64,000 nt of DNA from Candidatus Multivorans sp. (lineage in GTDB: Bacteria > Acidobacteriota > Thermoanaerobaculia > Multivoradales > Multivoraceae). Under the pieces are notes generated by a model. The model had not been told where the DNA came from. It was given only the letters and a program-made list of their open reading frames with translations, and did not search any database. The stretch lies in the NCBI GenBank assembly GCA_965224025.1, contig OZ245033.1, forward strand, positions 4,128,001 through 4,192,000, read 5' to 3'. Position 1 is the first letter of the stretch; every line of letters starts with the position of its first letter. This document shows, piece after piece, positions 62,069 to 64,000 of the stretch. A program made the position numbers and the translations under genes.

Positions 62069-62833
62069 GTGACCGAGAACGTCATCTACTTCGACACAGC
62101 GGCTGTCGTCTACCCCGCCCTCGCGCTCGCCGGCTTCGTTGCCGGGGTCCTGAACGTGGTCGCGGGCGGCGGTTCTTTTCTGACCCTGCCGATCCTCATC
62201 TTCTTCGGACTGCCGCCCGGGGTCGCCAACGGCACCAACCGGGTGGCGATCCTGCTCCAGAACGTGGTCGCTTCCTGGGGCTTCCACCGCCATGGCGTGC
62301 TCGACCCCAAGGCCGTCCTGTGGGCAGCCCTGCCGGCGACGGCGGGCGCCGGTTTCGGCGCCTGGGCCGCGCTCTCGATCAGCGACGACGCCTTCCGCAG
62401 GCTGCTGGCGGCGCTGATGGTCGTGGTGACTCTCTGGACCCTGATCTCCCGCCGCTCGGAACCGAAGGAGCAGCCGGCGTCGCTGCGGGTCGGCATGCTG
62501 GCGGTCGGCTTCTTCGGCGTCGGCGTCTACGGCGGGTTCGTGCAGGCGGGGGTCGGCTTCTTCATCCTCGCCGCGACCTCCCTGGCGGGCCTCGACCTGG
62601 TGCGGGGAAACGCGGTCAAGGTACTGAGCATCCTGTGCTTCAGCACCCTCTCGCTGGCCCTGTTCGCGCTCTCGGGAAAGGTCGACTGGACTCTCGGCCT
62701 GGCGCTGGCGGTGGGCAACATGGCGGGCGGCTGGCTCGGCGTGCGGCTGACCGTGCTCAAGGGTCACGTCTGGATCGGCCGGGTGGTCACGATCACCGTG
62801 ATCGCGTTCGCGATCCGGCTGTGGTTCGGCTGA
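62069..62833 (+). CDS. TauE/SafE (TSUP) family exporter
   Basis: AGGGS, ANGTN, GVYGGF.QAG.G; about 8 TMs. Confidence 0.9.
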   Translation: MTENVIYFDTAAVVYPALALAGFVAGVLNVVAGGGSFLTLPILIFFGLPPGVANGTNRVAILLQNVVASWGFHRHGVLDPKAVLWAALPATAGAGFGAWAALSISDDAFRRLLAALMVVVTLWTLISRRSEPKEQPASLRVGMLAVGFFGVGVYGGFVQAGVGFFILAATSLAGLDLVRGNAVKVLSILCFSTLSLALFALSGKVDWTLGLALAVGNMAGGWLGVRLTVLKGHVWIGRVVTITVIAFAIRLWFG

Positions 62834-62949
62834 GCGCCTTGCGGCCTAGCGCGGCTATGCTCCGCGCCGCAATCTCAAACAGGAGTCGAGTCGCGGCGTC
62901 CGCGCCGCGCTGACGCACAGGAAACAGGGCCTATGCAAGGAGATCAACC

Positions 62950-63720
62950 GTGGCTTACGACGCATTCGACCTGAGCGGCACCGTGGCGCTGGTGACCGGC
63001 GGCAACTCCGGCATCGGACTGGGCTTCGCCGAGGGCCTGGCGCAGGCGGGCGCCGATGTCTGCATCTGGGGAACCAACGAGACGAAGAACGCGACTGCAA
63101 AGGAGCAGTTGGAGCGCCATGGCACGAAGGTCGAGGCCCTGCGCTGCGACGTCGGCGACGCCGACGCGGTGGCCGCATCGTTCGAGCGCACCATCGAACT
63201 GCTGGGCAAGGTCGATTCCTGCTTTGCCAACGCCGGCATCGGCGGCCGCGGCACGCCCTTCGTGGACATGTCGATGGAAGAGTGGCGCCGGATCTTCCAG
63301 GTCAACATGGAGGGCGTCTTTCAGACCTTCCAGCAGGCGATCCGGCACATGGTGGAGCGCGGCGAAGGCGGCGTCCTGGTCGCCACGAGCAGCCTGTCCG
63401 CCATCTTCGGCGCACCCCGCAGCGAGCACTACGCGTCGACCAAGGCAGGGCTCAACGCGATGGTCCGCGGTCTTTCGGTCGAGCACGCCCGCCACGGCAT
63501 CCGGGTCAACTCGATCCTGCCCGGCTGGATCGACACCGCGATGACCGAGCGGGCGATCAACACCGAGGCCTTCCAGACCAAGGTCCTGCGCCGCGTCCCG
63601 CTGCGTCGCTGGGGCGTCGGCTCGGACTTCAGTGGCATCGCCGTCTACCTGGCCAGCAACGCATCCAGCTACCACACAGGGGACGAGTTCGTGATCGACG
63701 GCGGCTACGCCTGTTTCTAG
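62950..63720 (+). CDS. SDR-family oxidoreductase
   Basis: TGGNSGIG, NAG, YASTK, DGG. Confidence 0.94.
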   Translation: MAYDAFDLSGTVALVTGGNSGIGLGFAEGLAQAGADVCIWGTNETKNATAKEQLERHGTKVEALRCDVGDADAVAASFERTIELLGKVDSCFANAGIGGRGTPFVDMSMEEWRRIFQVNMEGVFQTFQQAIRHMVERGEGGVLVATSSLSAIFGAPRSEHYASTKAGLNAMVRGLSVEHARHGIRVNSILPGWIDTAMTERAINTEAFQTKVLRRVPLRRWGVGSDFSGIAVYLASNASSYHTGDEFVIDGGYACF

Positions 63721-63733
63721 GAGCTTGCGCGGA

Positions 63734-63840
63734 TGGAACGGGCCGCCCACTGGGTGCGCGGGTCTTCTGACCCGTTGCCGCCGCAGGCGGCCAGAAGAGT
63801 GCCGGCCGCCAGGCCGGATCCGCTTCGGCGGCCAGTTCCA
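63734..63840 (+). repeat. Cloverleaf structured repeat, copy 3
   Basis: tggaacgggccgcc...ggcggccagttcca enclosing three hairpins; lies between convergent genes. Confidence 0.75.
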
Positions 63841-63846
63841 GCCGCG

Positions 63847-63999
63847 CTAGCCCCCCATCGACCGGAAGACCGGCACGACGACTTCGGGCATCCGGCAGTG
63901 GTTGCCGGTTTCCCTGTCGACCCAGACGTGGTCGGTCCGGCCCTCGACCAGGACCCGTTCATCGGTCTCCACGCGGTAGCCGAAGCTCATGGCGCGGCT
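63847..63999 (-). CDS. 3' end (partial) of a probable YbgC/FadM-like acyl-CoA thioesterase
   Basis: SRAMSFGYRVETDERVLVEGRTDHVWVDRETGNHCRMPE...* resembles a hotdog-fold C-terminus. Confidence 0.6.
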   Translation of the reverse strand, partial: SRAMSFGYRVETDERVLVEGRTDHVWVDRETGNHCRMPEVVVPVFRSMGG

Positions 64000-64000
64000 C

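Overview
High-GC bacterial chromosome segment. Gene content (TonB-dependent receptors, CarboxypepD_reg-type secreted proteins, a conserved 'WEGDxLVVET...YEYACHEGN' protein, an RRM protein, myo-inositol oxygenase) suggests Acidobacteriota, possibly a marine or host-associated Thermoanaerobaculia; this is inference only. About 45 genes, mostly metabolic or housekeeping: glpF-glpK, ppk1, msrB, nth, two helicases, transporters and a single-chain CT-CT-BC-BCCP carboxylase. Main observations: (1) An intact IS110 recombinase has an upstream ~155-nt two-loop bridge-RNA-like ncRNA whose second loop matches the element's own ends around an AG core. (2) A transposase-free, 89%-identical copy of the 3' (donor-loop) half of that RNA sits 27 kb away, fused at the AG core to an IS110 right end, directly in front of a TonB-dependent receptor gene. 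(3) A Fic gene is bracketed by ~99-bp inverted arrays of a TTGTnnnACAA palindrome, next to an MmeI-like R-M gene and a two-gene DUF2335 module. (4) An unannotated UxxC selenoprotein has a SECIS-like hairpin. (5) Several non-coding repeat families are present: a 149-bp MITE with TSD, a covarying cloverleaf element and a 45-bp repeat. (6) Leaderless-type TAnnnT promoters are pervasive. All calls were made by eye, without database searches.
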